DNA of 64,000 nt from Gloeobacterales cyanobacterium (GTDB lineage Bacteria > Cyanobacteriota > Cyanobacteriia > Gloeobacterales > PMM-0068), in assembly GCA_038245785.1 (NCBI GenBank), contig JBBRSB010000004.1, forward strand, positions 64,001-128,000, written 5' to 3'. The position numbers and the translations under genes were made by a program. A model generated the notes under the pieces. The model had not been told where the DNA came from. It saw only the letters and a list, made by a program, of their open reading frames with translations, and searched no databases. Below, piece after piece: positions 1 to 9,423 of the stretch; the stretch's first letter is position 1, and every line of letters begins with the position of its first letter.

Positions 1-870
1 CATTAGGCTAGTTTGTGTGAAGATTACCTGGTCGCGTAAGCCACAGAGCGTAGCATTGGTGCGAGCTTGGTCAAGAACTTCTGCATCACTATCACTGCCT
101 AAGATTGGACTTCCGAACGTAGCACCTTCTCCCCGCGTAGCTTGCTCGGTTAGTTCTTGCCACAGGAGTTGGTCAAAATCAGGCCAGCCAAAAAAGCCAA
201 AATGCTCACGGAATGATCCAGGCGCGATGTTCAAAGCTTTTAATCCCGCTTCTAAAGGAAGGGTGCCTGAACCACAGAGTGGATCGAGAAAGGGAATTCC
301 TGGCTTCCATTCCGCTAAATCAAGTAGGGCCGCCGCCAGTGTTTCTTTGAGCGGAGCAGCTCCCATAGCAGGGCGATAGCCTCGGCGGTGAAGACTTTCT
401 CCAGAGCTATCCAGGCTCACAATACAACGGTCCCGATGGATATGGACATTCACCCGTACATCCGGCAAATGGGTATCGATGCTGGACCGCTCACCCTGAG
501 TATCTCGCTGCTGGTCTACAATCGCATTTTTAACCTGTAAAGCCGTGAAGTGGGTATGGTTTAACTGGCTGCTGCCGCTACCCGTACAATCCACAGCCAA
601 GGTATGAATAGGCGTTAGATATTCTTCCCAGTCGATTTTTTGGACTTCTCGGTAGAGCGTTTCTGGATCGGAGCAGGCAAATGCCCGAATAGGAACCAAA
701 ACCCGAAAGATCAACCTTGCCCAAAGATTCACCCGGTATAAGAGTGCTTTATCTCCTTTGAAATGTACGCCCGTGAAATCCTCCCGGATATCCTTAGCTC
801 CTAAAGTTTCTAATTCCTTTGCCGCAAGCGGTTCAAGGCCTCGGGCAACGGTGGCAAAGTAAGAATTCAT
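1..870 (-). CDS. THUMP-domain class I SAM-dependent rRNA methyltransferase (RlmL-like), runs off the window start
   Basis: Not in the ORF track; translated by hand from ATG at 870: MNSYFATVARGLEPLAAKEL...SLDSSGESLHRRGYR...APLKETLAAALL...FLDPLCGSGTL. Confidence 0.9.
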   Translation of the reverse strand, partial: MNSYFATVARGLEPLAAKELETLGAKDIREDFTGVHFKGDKALLYRVNLWARLIFRVLVPIRAFACSDPETLYREVQKIDWEEYLTPIHTLAVDCTGSGSSQLNHTHFTALQVKNAIVDQQRDTQGERSSIDTHLPDVRVNVHIHRDRCIVSLDSSGESLHRRGYRPAMGAAPLKETLAAALLDLAEWKPGIPFLDPLCGSGTLPLEAGLKALNIAPGSFREHFGFFGWPDFDQLLWQELTEQATRGEGATFGSPILGSDSDAEVLDQARTNATLCGLRDQVIFTQTSLM

Positions 871-959
871 GAAATCTATAAACCAGCAGCGTGATCTTGC
901 TCTCTCACCATAGGGCAAACCTGTTACGCTGGATCTACAACCCAATAACGGAGTAGGTC

Positions 960-1184
960 ATGGCACAAGAAGCTTCCTGGCGTGCCGGGGGAAGGTCCAA
1001 ACCAGGGAAAAATAAGTCCCACCACAATACGCCCCGTCGCCATCAGCAGCATATCCAAAAAATTAAGAATGCTGTGAAGCATTTCAAAGACCGCCCAGTT
1101 GAGGGCGGTTTTTTAATGGGTAACTTCCCAGAGTTTGTTGCTGGCCAAGAACGCCACCTGACTGCTATAGCAAGTAATATTTGA
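960..1184 (+). CDS. small basic protein with internal terminator; candidate alternative ribosome-rescue factor
   Basis: GGAG RBS upstream; K/R/H-rich first ~45 aa; hairpin plus U-tract at 1089-1114 within the ORF. Confidence 0.55.
   Translation: MAQEASWRAGGRSKPGKNKSHHNTPRRHQQHIQKIKNAVKHFKDRPVEGGFLMGNFPEFVAGQERHLTAIASNI
1089..1114 (+). terminator. intrinsic terminator inside ORF 960-1184
   Basis: GACCGCCC-AGTTGA-GGGCGGTT-TTTT: GC stem, 6-nt loop, 6 T. Confidence 0.75.
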
Positions 1185-1230
1185 AACTCCTATTTGATAA
1201 AATGTAAGATTATTCAGTCTGTTCTAACTT

Positions 1231-2120
1231 ATGCCAACGTATGACCTATACTCAAAGCGAAAAAAGCGAAACCGAGGTGATGTTCCAGAGGTCTTTCAAT
1301 ATGAAAACTTTCCTGATCCTTTTCGTCAGCAGGTAATGCATATATTAATGGATCTATTTCCAGTTCCGGAAAAAAAGAGAGAAGAATACTTCAAGAGGAT
1401 TCACGATATTTTATGCAGAGAGTATGGATTAAAAGAGCTTAACCAGGTAAAAGGCTATAAAGATAGAGTGCAATTTTTTTTATTAAGTTGTGAGGATATT
1501 GAGGTTCTTGACAAGTTCAGTGCTCATTTAAATACTATGAAGATATTAGACAAGATGAATTGTATGAACTGGTAGACAGCTTAAAAGGCAATGATAAACC
1601 TAAAGAAATGAAAGAAGAGCATAGAATAGGCTATCAGCTTGAGTCAGGAAAGATTATTCGTATTGACTCAAAATTTATGCATAGTGAGGTGGTTAAACCG
1701 GCTCTCACTGTCTTGGCTGATAATATGTATAAAGGTGCCAATGATGAATTTCTAAAAGCACATGAGCACTATCGGCATGGCAGGTACAAAGAATGTTTGA
1801 ATGAATGTCTTAAATCTTTTGAAAGCACTATGAAAGCTATCTATACAAAGCGTGGTTGGTCCTATAACGAAAAAGATACTGCACATAGGCTCATTGGTAT
1901 TTGCTTCCAGAACAAGCTGATACCTGATTATCTGCAATCGAAATTTAATTCACTTCAGTCAAGTCTTGAGTCTGGTATTCCAACGGTTAGAAATAGAACA
2001 TCTGCGCATGGTCAAGGCAGTGAAATATCTGAGGTCCCGAGTTATTTAGCTTCCTATTTGTTACATCTAACTGCGACAACCATTCTTCTTCTTGCAGATG
2101 CTGAGAAAGCTTTGCCTTGA
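1231..2120 (+). pseudogene. STM4504/CBY_0614-family (AbiJ-N / Abi C-terminal-like) protein, frameshifted near 1512
   Basis: N-part YSKRKKRNRGDVPEVFQY and C-part IGYQLESGKIIRIDS..HSEVVKPAL..ANDEFLKAHEHYR..RNRTSAHGQG are in different frames; a 1-nt shift joins EVLD to VQCSFKYYEDIRQDELYEL. Confidence 0.7.
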
Positions 2121-2126
2121 TTGATT

Positions 2127-2160
2127 GCCCCCCCGACCCCCCAATTTTGGGGGGAGAAAC
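2127..2160 (+). repeat. GC-rich hairpin repeat, left copy of inverted pair
   Basis: GCCCCCCCGACCCCCCAATTTTGGGGGGAGAAAC; 31/34 identical to the reverse complement of 2631-2664. Confidence 0.9.
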
Positions 2161-2199
2161 ATCCTTGATTCTCTTCAGATGACTGATTAGGTTTGGGCT

Positions 2200-2589
2200 T
2201 TACTTTAGGGCCAGAATTTCAGTCGCCACCTGTGAAATCTTTGCCAGCACTTTGGGGAGATTAGCGAATACCTCTTGATTGGTAAAACGCACTATCTGAT
2301 AGCCATAGGTTTCAAAGTGTTGGGTTCTAGCTGCGTCATATTCTGCTTGTTTATTATGCACTGGGCCATCGACCTCTACAACAAGCCGCACTTGAGCACA
2401 GTAGAAATCAGCGATAAAACGACCGAGGGGATGCTGAGACCGAAACCTCAAACTATTTAGTTGCCGATTTTTTAAAGCAGCCCAAAGTGTTCTCTCCGCC
2501 GCTGTCATATTTCTTCGGTGCCTCTGGGCTGCCGCTTCAATTTCAAGAGTTGTTCCCCGAATTCTGGCAGTTGTCTTAGTTCCATCCAC
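2200..2589 (-). CDS. DUF559 / Vsr-like endonuclease-domain protein
   Basis: MTAAERTLW..L..RFRSQHPLGRFIADFYC...LVVEVDGPVH..YDAART...G.QIVRFTN. Confidence 0.9.
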   Translation of the reverse strand: MDGTKTTARIRGTTLEIEAAAQRHRRNMTAAERTLWAALKNRQLNSLRFRSQHPLGRFIADFYCAQVRLVVEVDGPVHNKQAEYDAARTQHFETYGYQIVRFTNQEVFANLPKVLAKISQVATEILALK

Positions 2590-2630
2590 TAATACCTACC
2601 TCACAACACCTCAAAGTTATAACCCTGGTT

Positions 2631-2664
2631 GCTTCTCCCCCCAAAGTTGGGGGGCCGGGGGGGC
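2631..2664 (-). repeat. GC-rich hairpin repeat, right copy of inverted pair
   Basis: Reverse complement GCCCCCCCGGCCCCCCAACTTTGGGGGGAGAAGC; begins at the EVE gene stop codon. Confidence 0.9.
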
Positions 2665-3071
2665 TACTCACCTGCTAATTTCAAAATATGCTGCCAATGC
2701 TCTTCTGAGACAGGCACAACGGATAGACGAGAAATACGCAGCAAGTCAAATCCTTCAAAGGCACTATCTGCTTTAATCTGCTGTAAAGTGACAGGCTGGG
2801 GCAAAGGCCGCGCTGCTCTTACATCCACAACCGCTCTCTTTTCTTCATTCAAACTAGGGTCTGGATAAGGCTCACTGATGACTTCGGCAATGCCCATGGC
2901 TCTTCGTTCATCGCCTGTATGGTAAATGAAGGCAAGATCACCGGGTTTCATTGTACGGATATGTTTGAGGGCTAGATTGTTGTTTACACCATCCCAAATC
3001 GTCTTTTGGTCTTGCTCTAGATCGGCATAGGAATAGACGTGAGGTTCACTTTTTAGAAGCCAGTAGGCCAT
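2664..3071 (-). CDS. EVE domain-containing protein
   Basis: YWLLKSEP...WDGVNN..A...MKPGDLAFIYHTG..RLSVVPV. Confidence 0.9.
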   Translation of the reverse strand: MAYWLLKSEPHVYSYADLEQDQKTIWDGVNNNLALKHIRTMKPGDLAFIYHTGDERRAMGIAEVISEPYPDPSLNEEKRAVVDVRAARPLPQPVTLQQIKADSAFEGFDLLRISRLSVVPVSEEHWQHILKLAGE

Positions 3072-3100
3072 ACACTACCTTCCAGGTCAAACGCTCCCCA

Positions 3101-4669
3101 TTATCGCTTTTTATGGTTTCCCAAGTCGCTGCCGGAGCCATATTCCCAACTATCAATCCAACGATGAGCGAGGTAACGCTGGGCAGGAGGCAGCATAGCG
3201 GTCCATGATTCCAGCGATTTACCCAGGGGATAAAGGGCACTATAGGCTCCCAAGTTTAAGTAATGACCAAGCCAGCCTATTAATGTAGGAAGCCCCACAT
3301 GTTCTACGATGCGGACAATCAAGAGCGGGTCAGCTAAACCTGTCCGAATCATCGTTTGAGAAAGACCAGAGAATTGGACTACATCCTGAAGGAAAGGTTT
3401 TAGAACGCCTTCGCCCAGATATTCCATTTCTCGGAAAACGGTGATCAATAGTTTATTAATCTGGCCTGGGTCCATTTTCTGATGAGTGCCAATGCTCATG
3501 GCCCTTTGGAAGAGCCACGTTACGGCCAGATTTGGTTGGTAGGGCTGTAGCCAGTTCAGAGCATCCCGATTCAGCGCATCACTGTGTAGCGCTTCATCAA
3601 GGCCATTGTTCAAACGTTTGAGATGACGGACCATGGCTCCAAAGCCACCGAAACTAAGCGGAGATTGGTTGCCGCTACTATCTCCAACCGCGAGCACTCG
3701 GTTCCATACACTCCCCAAAGGTCCTGATTTATAGGAGGGGAAAAATCCAAATAGAGCCCGTTGGAACTGTAATTTTTCTACTTCTATATTTTGATAGCGG
3801 GGTAAAAGATTGAGATATTCTTCGAATAAATCTTCCAAACGAGGACGGCTGGGAGCAGCATCGACATAGGTGAATAGATAGGTAGTCCGACCATCTCTCG
3901 CCGGAAAAGCTTCCCAAAAATATTGACACTGTTGTTGGCTGGGAGTAATGGAGACCATTAAGTCTGCCTGTTCATTTTTGGGAAATCCTTGAGCACAACT
4001 TCCTACCACCAGACAGACCCCATCCGGTTTTTGACCTTTGCGGGCCTGATGAACAATCGGAGATAGATGGCCCATAGCATCCAGCAAGAGTCGGGCTTTA
4101 TAGGGTTCACTATTGGCATAGACGGTGACGCCATTGGGATGCACCACAGCTTTCTCAAAAGCGGCGTTTTCCAAAAGTTTCCCGCCGCAAGCTAAGAATC
4201 GAGATTTGAGCAAACTTAGGAGCAGCACTGGGTCCACGCCTACATTCAATACATCTCGCACCCAAACTTCAGGCCCACGGTCAAATTGAATCCGCACCGG
4301 ATTACATTCGGTGACAATCACCTGATCCAATTCTTCCAAAGAGAGTACGTCCAACTCCAAGAACGTATTCATCTCCGCGCGGGAGATATTCCATTCTTGC
4401 TCTCGACCTCGGAGCAGACCGCGTTCCATGAGTGCGACCTTCCAACCCTGATGAGCGAGCGTTGCCGCTATAAATATGCCTAAGGTTCCGCCTGCAACGA
4501 GGACATCCCAATCTGTTGCATCTATAGGCTCTGAGCTTTCGGAGATGACCGGAGAGACGACGGAAGAATCAGAAGCACTGCGCAGGTCTTGCCATAGTTC
4601 ATCAACACGCCGTAGGTTGCCCAACGCATTCCCAGGAAGATTGGAGAGCACTAACTCAGTCTTAGACAT
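3101..4669 (-). CDS. cruP: FAD-dependent oxidoreductase, CruA/CruP lycopene cyclase family (CruP-like)
   Basis: DVLVAGGTLG..GREQEWNISR, YFWEAFP, GDSSGNQSPLSFGGFG; 522 aa. Confidence 0.7.
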   Translation of the reverse strand: MSKTELVLSNLPGNALGNLRRVDELWQDLRSASDSSVVSPVISESSEPIDATDWDVLVAGGTLGIFIAATLAHQGWKVALMERGLLRGREQEWNISRAEMNTFLELDVLSLEELDQVIVTECNPVRIQFDRGPEVWVRDVLNVGVDPVLLLSLLKSRFLACGGKLLENAAFEKAVVHPNGVTVYANSEPYKARLLLDAMGHLSPIVHQARKGQKPDGVCLVVGSCAQGFPKNEQADLMVSITPSQQQCQYFWEAFPARDGRTTYLFTYVDAAPSRPRLEDLFEEYLNLLPRYQNIEVEKLQFQRALFGFFPSYKSGPLGSVWNRVLAVGDSSGNQSPLSFGGFGAMVRHLKRLNNGLDEALHSDALNRDALNWLQPYQPNLAVTWLFQRAMSIGTHQKMDPGQINKLLITVFREMEYLGEGVLKPFLQDVVQFSGLSQTMIRTGLADPLLIVRIVEHVGLPTLIGWLGHYLNLGAYSALYPLGKSLESWTAMLPPAQRYLAHRWIDSWEYGSGSDLGNHKKR

Positions 4670-4838
4670 GAAGTAAACATAGAGGACCTGATTCCATTAA
4701 ACATACGTAAGTGAACATAGGCACGATCCCGTAATTTCACTGAAGTTATGGTAATGTTTGTTCAGAAAAGTTGGCGTTTTCTTCAATTTCGGATAAGTCC
4801 CGTGAGATGAGCTTAATTTGGCTGGAGAATAGGCAGCT

Positions 4839-5458
4839 ATGATGTCCGCTCATGAAATTGAGCCAACAGTTTTTCAGAAGTATAGACTTAGACGTTCCAA
4901 TCGAGGGATTGCACTTGCAATAGTGCTGCTTATCTCGGTAGTGGTCTTAGGTGCAGTTGCCGCTACAGCGAGTCTTCTAATAGTGGGGACCGGACGCAAC
5001 CTTATCCAGGATAAAGATACGCTGCAAGCACTGACCTTGGCGGATAGTGGGATTAGTACTTTGCCTGCGCTCACAGAGAACAATCGAGGACTAAATACTC
5101 CCCAGAAATTAACTGATTTTATTAATGGTGGTTCTGATGGAAAATCAGAAACCCTAGAGGATAATCCCTATCCTGTTATAGTGGCAGAGGAGGAGTAGAA
5201 GACCGGGGAAAAGATAATGGCCTGACGAAGGAAGCTTCTATTATTGGTATTCCAGCATCAGTATCCAATCCAACAGCAGAGCCAGGTTTGCCTTCTATGG
5301 TGAGTGGTTCAAGAGTCAAAGTAAAGTTCAAACTCCGTACGGGCGTCAAATCCTCTGAAATTATCAAGGGAACGATTCAAGAGGGAAAAAATCAGAAGAA
5401 AGCGGGTAAACCTACAAAACCAGATGGTTTAAGGCGTGGCACTTCCGACATTCAATGA
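4839..5458 (+). pseudogene. PilX-like minor pilin N-terminal protein, apparently frameshifted near 5172
   Basis: RGIALAIVLL...QALTLADSG PilX-type N-terminus; stop at 5198, but another frame is open from ~5174 to TGA 5456-5458. Confidence 0.5.
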
Positions 5459-6168
5459 ACAGCGCCATTAATCAAAATGAAACGGATCCACGCTCTCTAT
5501 TCAATCAATATCTTGATATAACTAAGGCCGAATTTGAAAGTGGATTTCAAGAGGAAAAGCTAGACAAAAAAGATATCACGCTCACTAATTTGATCGGTAA
5601 ACACTATTACAGAGGGCTACCTAAGACCTTAAATCTTTGTAGTGCCCGCGATGATTCAGGTAATCTTATCCCTTCCTTAGTCGTGATTGATGCTAGTACG
5701 GCTGATAAGAATGGCAAGGTAAAGCGTAAGCCCATTAAATTTGATGGCAAGAAAAAGCAGGTACCTGTAATAACTGAGGTCGCAGCTACAGGAAGCAATG
5801 ATGATGCCAAGAAAGTAAAGAAAATCGAGAATGATTCAGCAAGCTGCGCTTTTAGAGGCGTGCTCTACGTTATGGGGGACGCTTCCTTTACCAATGATGT
5901 CACCTTTTTTGGAGCCGTTATTGTTGAAGGGGCACCTAAGAAAAAGGATAGATATAGAAAGACGAAAATACAGGGGAAATTTACAGAGCAAATTGACAAA
6001 AATACAGGTGAAGTCCAAAAGACGATGGACCGTCTCCCTATCCTTGCCTATGATCCCGAGGCCGTGGGTTCCGTGCTCGGCGGTGGTAATACGAGTACAA
6101 ACACTTTTAGCAGTGCCACGGTGGGCTCAATATGGCATCCAGTTGTCGGGACATGGAGGCAAAAATGA
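5455..6168 (+). CDS. hypothetical protein, probable C-terminal part of a PilX-like pilin/adhesin
   Basis: FRGVLYVMGD..FFGAVIVEG..LAYDP..GTWRQK pattern typical of PilX-like C-termini; ATGA overlap with the upstream frame. Confidence 0.5.
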   Translation: MNSAINQNETDPRSLFNQYLDITKAEFESGFQEEKLDKKDITLTNLIGKHYYRGLPKTLNLCSARDDSGNLIPSLVVIDASTADKNGKVKRKPIKFDGKKKQVPVITEVAATGSNDDAKKVKKIENDSASCAFRGVLYVMGDASFTNDVTFFGAVIVEGAPKKKDRYRKTKIQGKFTEQIDKNTGEVQKTMDRLPILAYDPEAVGSVLGGGNTSTNTFSSATVGSIWHPVVGTWRQK

Positions 6169-6977
6169 GCTTTATCTGTCTCCAGAGGCCCCAGAGCTTT
6201 GAAAAGAATAGCCATAGCAAAATAAACACCAGAGACAGTGAGGGATTGACCCTCATTGAAGTGTTGGTCAGTATCACCATGATTGGAATCATAGCGTCCG
6301 TACTAGCTGTGATGTTACCTAGGTTTTTGCAGATGAATAGACAGTCCTCTAGAGAAGAAACTGCTGTGGCAGCTATGCAAGAGATCTCTGAAGACATCAA
6401 GGCTCAGTGGAAAGACTCTGATAGGTATGACGAGAACTCCTATATGGCTGAAAGACCATTGGATCCCAGTAAACCTATTACGCCCATTACCGTTGAAGGA
6501 TTTGAGCCTTTCGATACTTTTGCCCCAAGTACCAAGCGAAAAGAATGTGCGAGTAAGACTACAAAATGTTCCAGCCTTGAGTGGGGAGAACTGGAAGACG
6601 GAGCGGATCCCGACCTTAAAGAGGAGCCTGTGGTTTATCGTCCCCTAACTGATATAGCGCTGGAGAATCCTCCAGAAGAGGTAGCCGATGATCCAGACCC
6701 TGCGGATCCTGATGCCAACAAAAATGCTAATCCCGTGATCACCGCGATAGATGATGGTGAGCCTGATGTTAGAGAACCTGCCGATGAAAAAGAAAAAGAC
6801 CCCAAAGAAGATGAAGACGGGGATGGGTACGAGGACAATGATTCATCTAATGCGACCGTAGCTATACCGAACCGAAAACGAATAAAAATCACGCTAGTGC
6901 CCACAGCAGGATGTACGACTACCCGTGAATGTGCCCCAAAAATCCTGGTTTTTGATATAGGAAGACCCGCGTCCTAG
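6165..6977 (+). CDS. prepilin-type N-terminal cleavage/methylation domain protein (type IV pilin-like)
   Basis: EG|LTLIEVLVSITMIGII class III signal; GGAGG RBS and ATGA overlap at 6165. Confidence 0.85.
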   Translation: MSFICLQRPQSFEKNSHSKINTRDSEGLTLIEVLVSITMIGIIASVLAVMLPRFLQMNRQSSREETAVAAMQEISEDIKAQWKDSDRYDENSYMAERPLDPSKPITPITVEGFEPFDTFAPSTKRKECASKTTKCSSLEWGELEDGADPDLKEEPVVYRPLTDIALENPPEEVADDPDPADPDANKNANPVITAIDDGEPDVREPADEKEKDPKEDEDGDGYEDNDSSNATVAIPNRKRIKITLVPTAGCTTTRECAPKILVFDIGRPAS

Positions 6978-7027
6978 GTGGGTATAGTAATGACAGCTAC
7001 GATGACCTGCTGGGTAGCTTAGAGCCA

Positions 7028-7501
7028 ATGAACTTTTTTAAGAAGAGCCAATTCAGAATAGTGATTCCTCTGGTAGCCATGGCCAGTGTGCTCTTGGGTA
7101 TAGGCATATATTTTTATCAGCAGCGAGAGGTTTTCTCAGAAATTTCCAGCTTCACGGCACCGTCCACAGCACAACCGACACAACCCGAAGCAAAATTGAC
7201 GGCTTCCCAACCTCTACCTCAACGCCCTCAAACCTCTGAACCACGGCGAGAAGAGCCTTCTTCAGCAAAGACTCCTCTGACCACTCCTCCCACCTATGAG
7301 GAGCCCAAACCAGAAGAACTCCGTAAACTGTTGCCTGAAGAAATACGGGGTGCCATTGTCAAAGAAGGGGGTTATGTTTTGACTACCTCTTTCGGGGCTA
7401 AATGGTACGTGACCGAGGCTCAGGTCGAACAGATGCCTTATGAGCAGCAGATTCTCATTGACTACGGCAGGTACAAGCGCGAAGACCTTGAAAAGCCATA
7501 A
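7028..7501 (+). CDS. hypothetical membrane-anchored protein
   Basis: N-terminal TM helix, P/T/Q-rich linker, small C-terminal domain. Confidence 0.7.
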   Translation: MNFFKKSQFRIVIPLVAMASVLLGIGIYFYQQREVFSEISSFTAPSTAQPTQPEAKLTASQPLPQRPQTSEPRREEPSSAKTPLTTPPTYEEPKPEELRKLLPEEIRGAIVKEGGYVLTTSFGAKWYVTEAQVEQMPYEQQILIDYGRYKREDLEKP

Positions 7502-7569
7502 GTCAAAAACAGTAAGAGCAGTCACCATAAAATAAGTGCTATGTCTTTTCCTCCTTTCTTCATACCTTC

Positions 7570-8082
7570 ATGACCCTAAATATCTGCCTTCAGAGTGTGC
7601 TGCCCATCCCTATTCCTGAGGAACAATTGCAGGCATGGTTCAGTCTTTGGTGGCAGCAACTGGGAGAGGGAGACTTTATCCTAATTTCAAAGCCTGAAGA
7701 AGCAGAACTGACCGTCCGTTTTACCGATGATGCTGAGATACAACAGCTAAACCGGACATACCGGAATAAGGATGAACCAACAGACGTCTTGTCCTTCGCC
7801 GTCCTTGAAGATGAATTGTTTCCAAGCGATATGTATTCTTTATCACAAGAACCCCAGTATTTGGGCGATATTGTAATATCAGTTCCATACGCTAGCAGAC
7901 AATCTCAAAGCAAGGGGCATTCTTTACAAGAGGAGTTGATATGGTTAAGTATCCATGGGCTATTACACCTACTGGGGTGGGACCACCAAGAGGATGAATC
8001 CTTTACGGTCATGATCTATCGTCAACATCAACTGCTAAAAGCTACAGCCCTCAGTTACCCCCATTCCCATGCCCCCAACTAA
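7570..8082 (+). CDS. ybeY: rRNA maturation RNase YbeY
   Basis: LNRTYRNKDEPTDVLSF, LGDIVIS, HGLLHLLGWDH. Confidence 0.95.
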   Translation: MTLNICLQSVLPIPIPEEQLQAWFSLWWQQLGEGDFILISKPEEAELTVRFTDDAEIQQLNRTYRNKDEPTDVLSFAVLEDELFPSDMYSLSQEPQYLGDIVISVPYASRQSQSKGHSLQEELIWLSIHGLLHLLGWDHQEDESFTVMIYRQHQLLKATALSYPHSHAPN

Positions 8083-8491
8083 GACCTCTACTAAAATCCC
8101 TGCACGCCGCTCGTGGCAGGTAGCCCACACTCTACAAATTAGCTTTCAATATGCCTGGGCAGGTGTCCTCTACGCCACCGCCACCCAGCGCAACTTTCGT
8201 GTACATCTTGGAGTAGGCGCCCTTGCCGTAGCTCTAGGAATTATCTTGAGGATTACTCCTCTAGAGTTCGCTGTGGTTGGGATCATGATTGCCTTCGTCC
8301 TGACCATGGAATTGCTGAATACAGCCGTTGAAGCCATGGTAGACCTTGCCATTGGGGAGCAGTATCATGAACTCGCGAAAATTGCGAAGGATTGTGCGGC
8401 TGGAGCTGTACTGATTTCTTCCATTGGAGCCATGTTCGTCGCTGGCTGGATCCTGCTGCCACCGCTCGTGCATTACATTGCGCATCCTTAG
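8069..8491 (+). CDS. dgkA: diacylglycerol/undecaprenol kinase
   Basis: QRNFRVH, ELLNTAVEAMVD, AKIAKDCAAGAVL; follows ybeY. Confidence 0.92.
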   Translation: MPPTKTSTKIPARRSWQVAHTLQISFQYAWAGVLYATATQRNFRVHLGVGALAVALGIILRITPLEFAVVGIMIAFVLTMELLNTAVEAMVDLAIGEQYHELAKIAKDCAAGAVLISSIGAMFVAGWILLPPLVHYIAHP

Positions 8492-8544
8492 TGCTGCCAG
8501 TTATCTCAGAATCGGCTATGCTGGGATCACTAAATTATTAAGTT

Positions 8545-9423
8545 TTGCAAATGGATTGTGCCATCAATCGTCGGGCGAAGTTTAGCGCCTCCCATCGCTA
8601 CTGGTTGCCCACCCTGACCGAAGCTGAAAATCAAGCGCGATTTGGGCTGCACTGTCGGCCCCACGGTCATGGCCACAACTATGTCCTATTCGTCACGATG
8701 CCTGGTGTGGTGGACGAAGCAGGCATGGTTCTGAACCTCTCTGAGGTGAAGCATGTGATTCGCGAATATGTTACGGACCCTCTGAATCTGTCTTTTCTCA
8801 ACGAAGCTTGGCCTGAATTCGGCCAGACGCTGCCAACTACAGAATTTATTGCCTATACGATCTGGCAAAAACTTGCCCCCCATCTGCCTTTACAATCTAT
8901 CGTCCTCCATGAAGACGAAGAACTCTGGGCTGAATACCGAGGAGAATCTATGCACGCATATCTAACCGTAGGTAGCCACTTTGCAGCGGCCCACCGCCTT
9001 GCCCGTGAAGACTGGAGCTATGAGCATAACTGCGAAATCTATGGTCTATGTGCTCGTCCCAATGGTCACGGCCACAACTATGGCGTGGAAGTGACAGTTC
9101 GAGGAGAAATAGACTCCGAAACAGGCATGATTGTGGACTTGGTCAAACTTCAGCAAGTCATTGATCAGCAGGTTCTCAAACCTTTTGACCATACATTTCT
9201 GAACAAAGATGTAGCCTATTTTGCCAGGACAGTCCCCACTGCAGAAAACATCGCGCTGCATATTGCTGAACTTTTGCAGGCTCCTGTAGCAGCCTTGGGA
9301 TGCCAACTCTATCGCATCAAACTGACAGAAAGCCCCAACAATTCCTGTGAAGTAGTGCTACCGATCGAGGCCCCGCAGGAGAGCCCGGCACGGAGCAAAA
9401 CTGAGGCGGTGTTGGTCGGTTAG
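8545..9423 (+). CDS. 6-pyruvoyl/6-carboxy-tetrahydropterin synthase, tandem double domain
   Basis: Two PTPS repeats: C..PHGHGHNY...PTTE and CARPNGHGHNY...PTAEN. Confidence 0.9.
   Translation: MQMDCAINRRAKFSASHRYWLPTLTEAENQARFGLHCRPHGHGHNYVLFVTMPGVVDEAGMVLNLSEVKHVIREYVTDPLNLSFLNEAWPEFGQTLPTTEFIAYTIWQKLAPHLPLQSIVLHEDEELWAEYRGESMHAYLTVGSHFAAAHRLAREDWSYEHNCEIYGLCARPNGHGHNYGVEVTVRGEIDSETGMIVDLVKLQQVIDQQVLKPFDHTFLNKDVAYFARTVPTAENIALHIAELLQAPVAALGCQLYRIKLTESPNNSCEVVLPIEAPQESPARSKTEAVLVG

Noticed and set aside
8545..9423. Tandem PTPS as a deazaguanine DNA-modification system
   Set aside because: Double-domain PTPS is common in cyanobacteria and no dpd/que partner genes are present.
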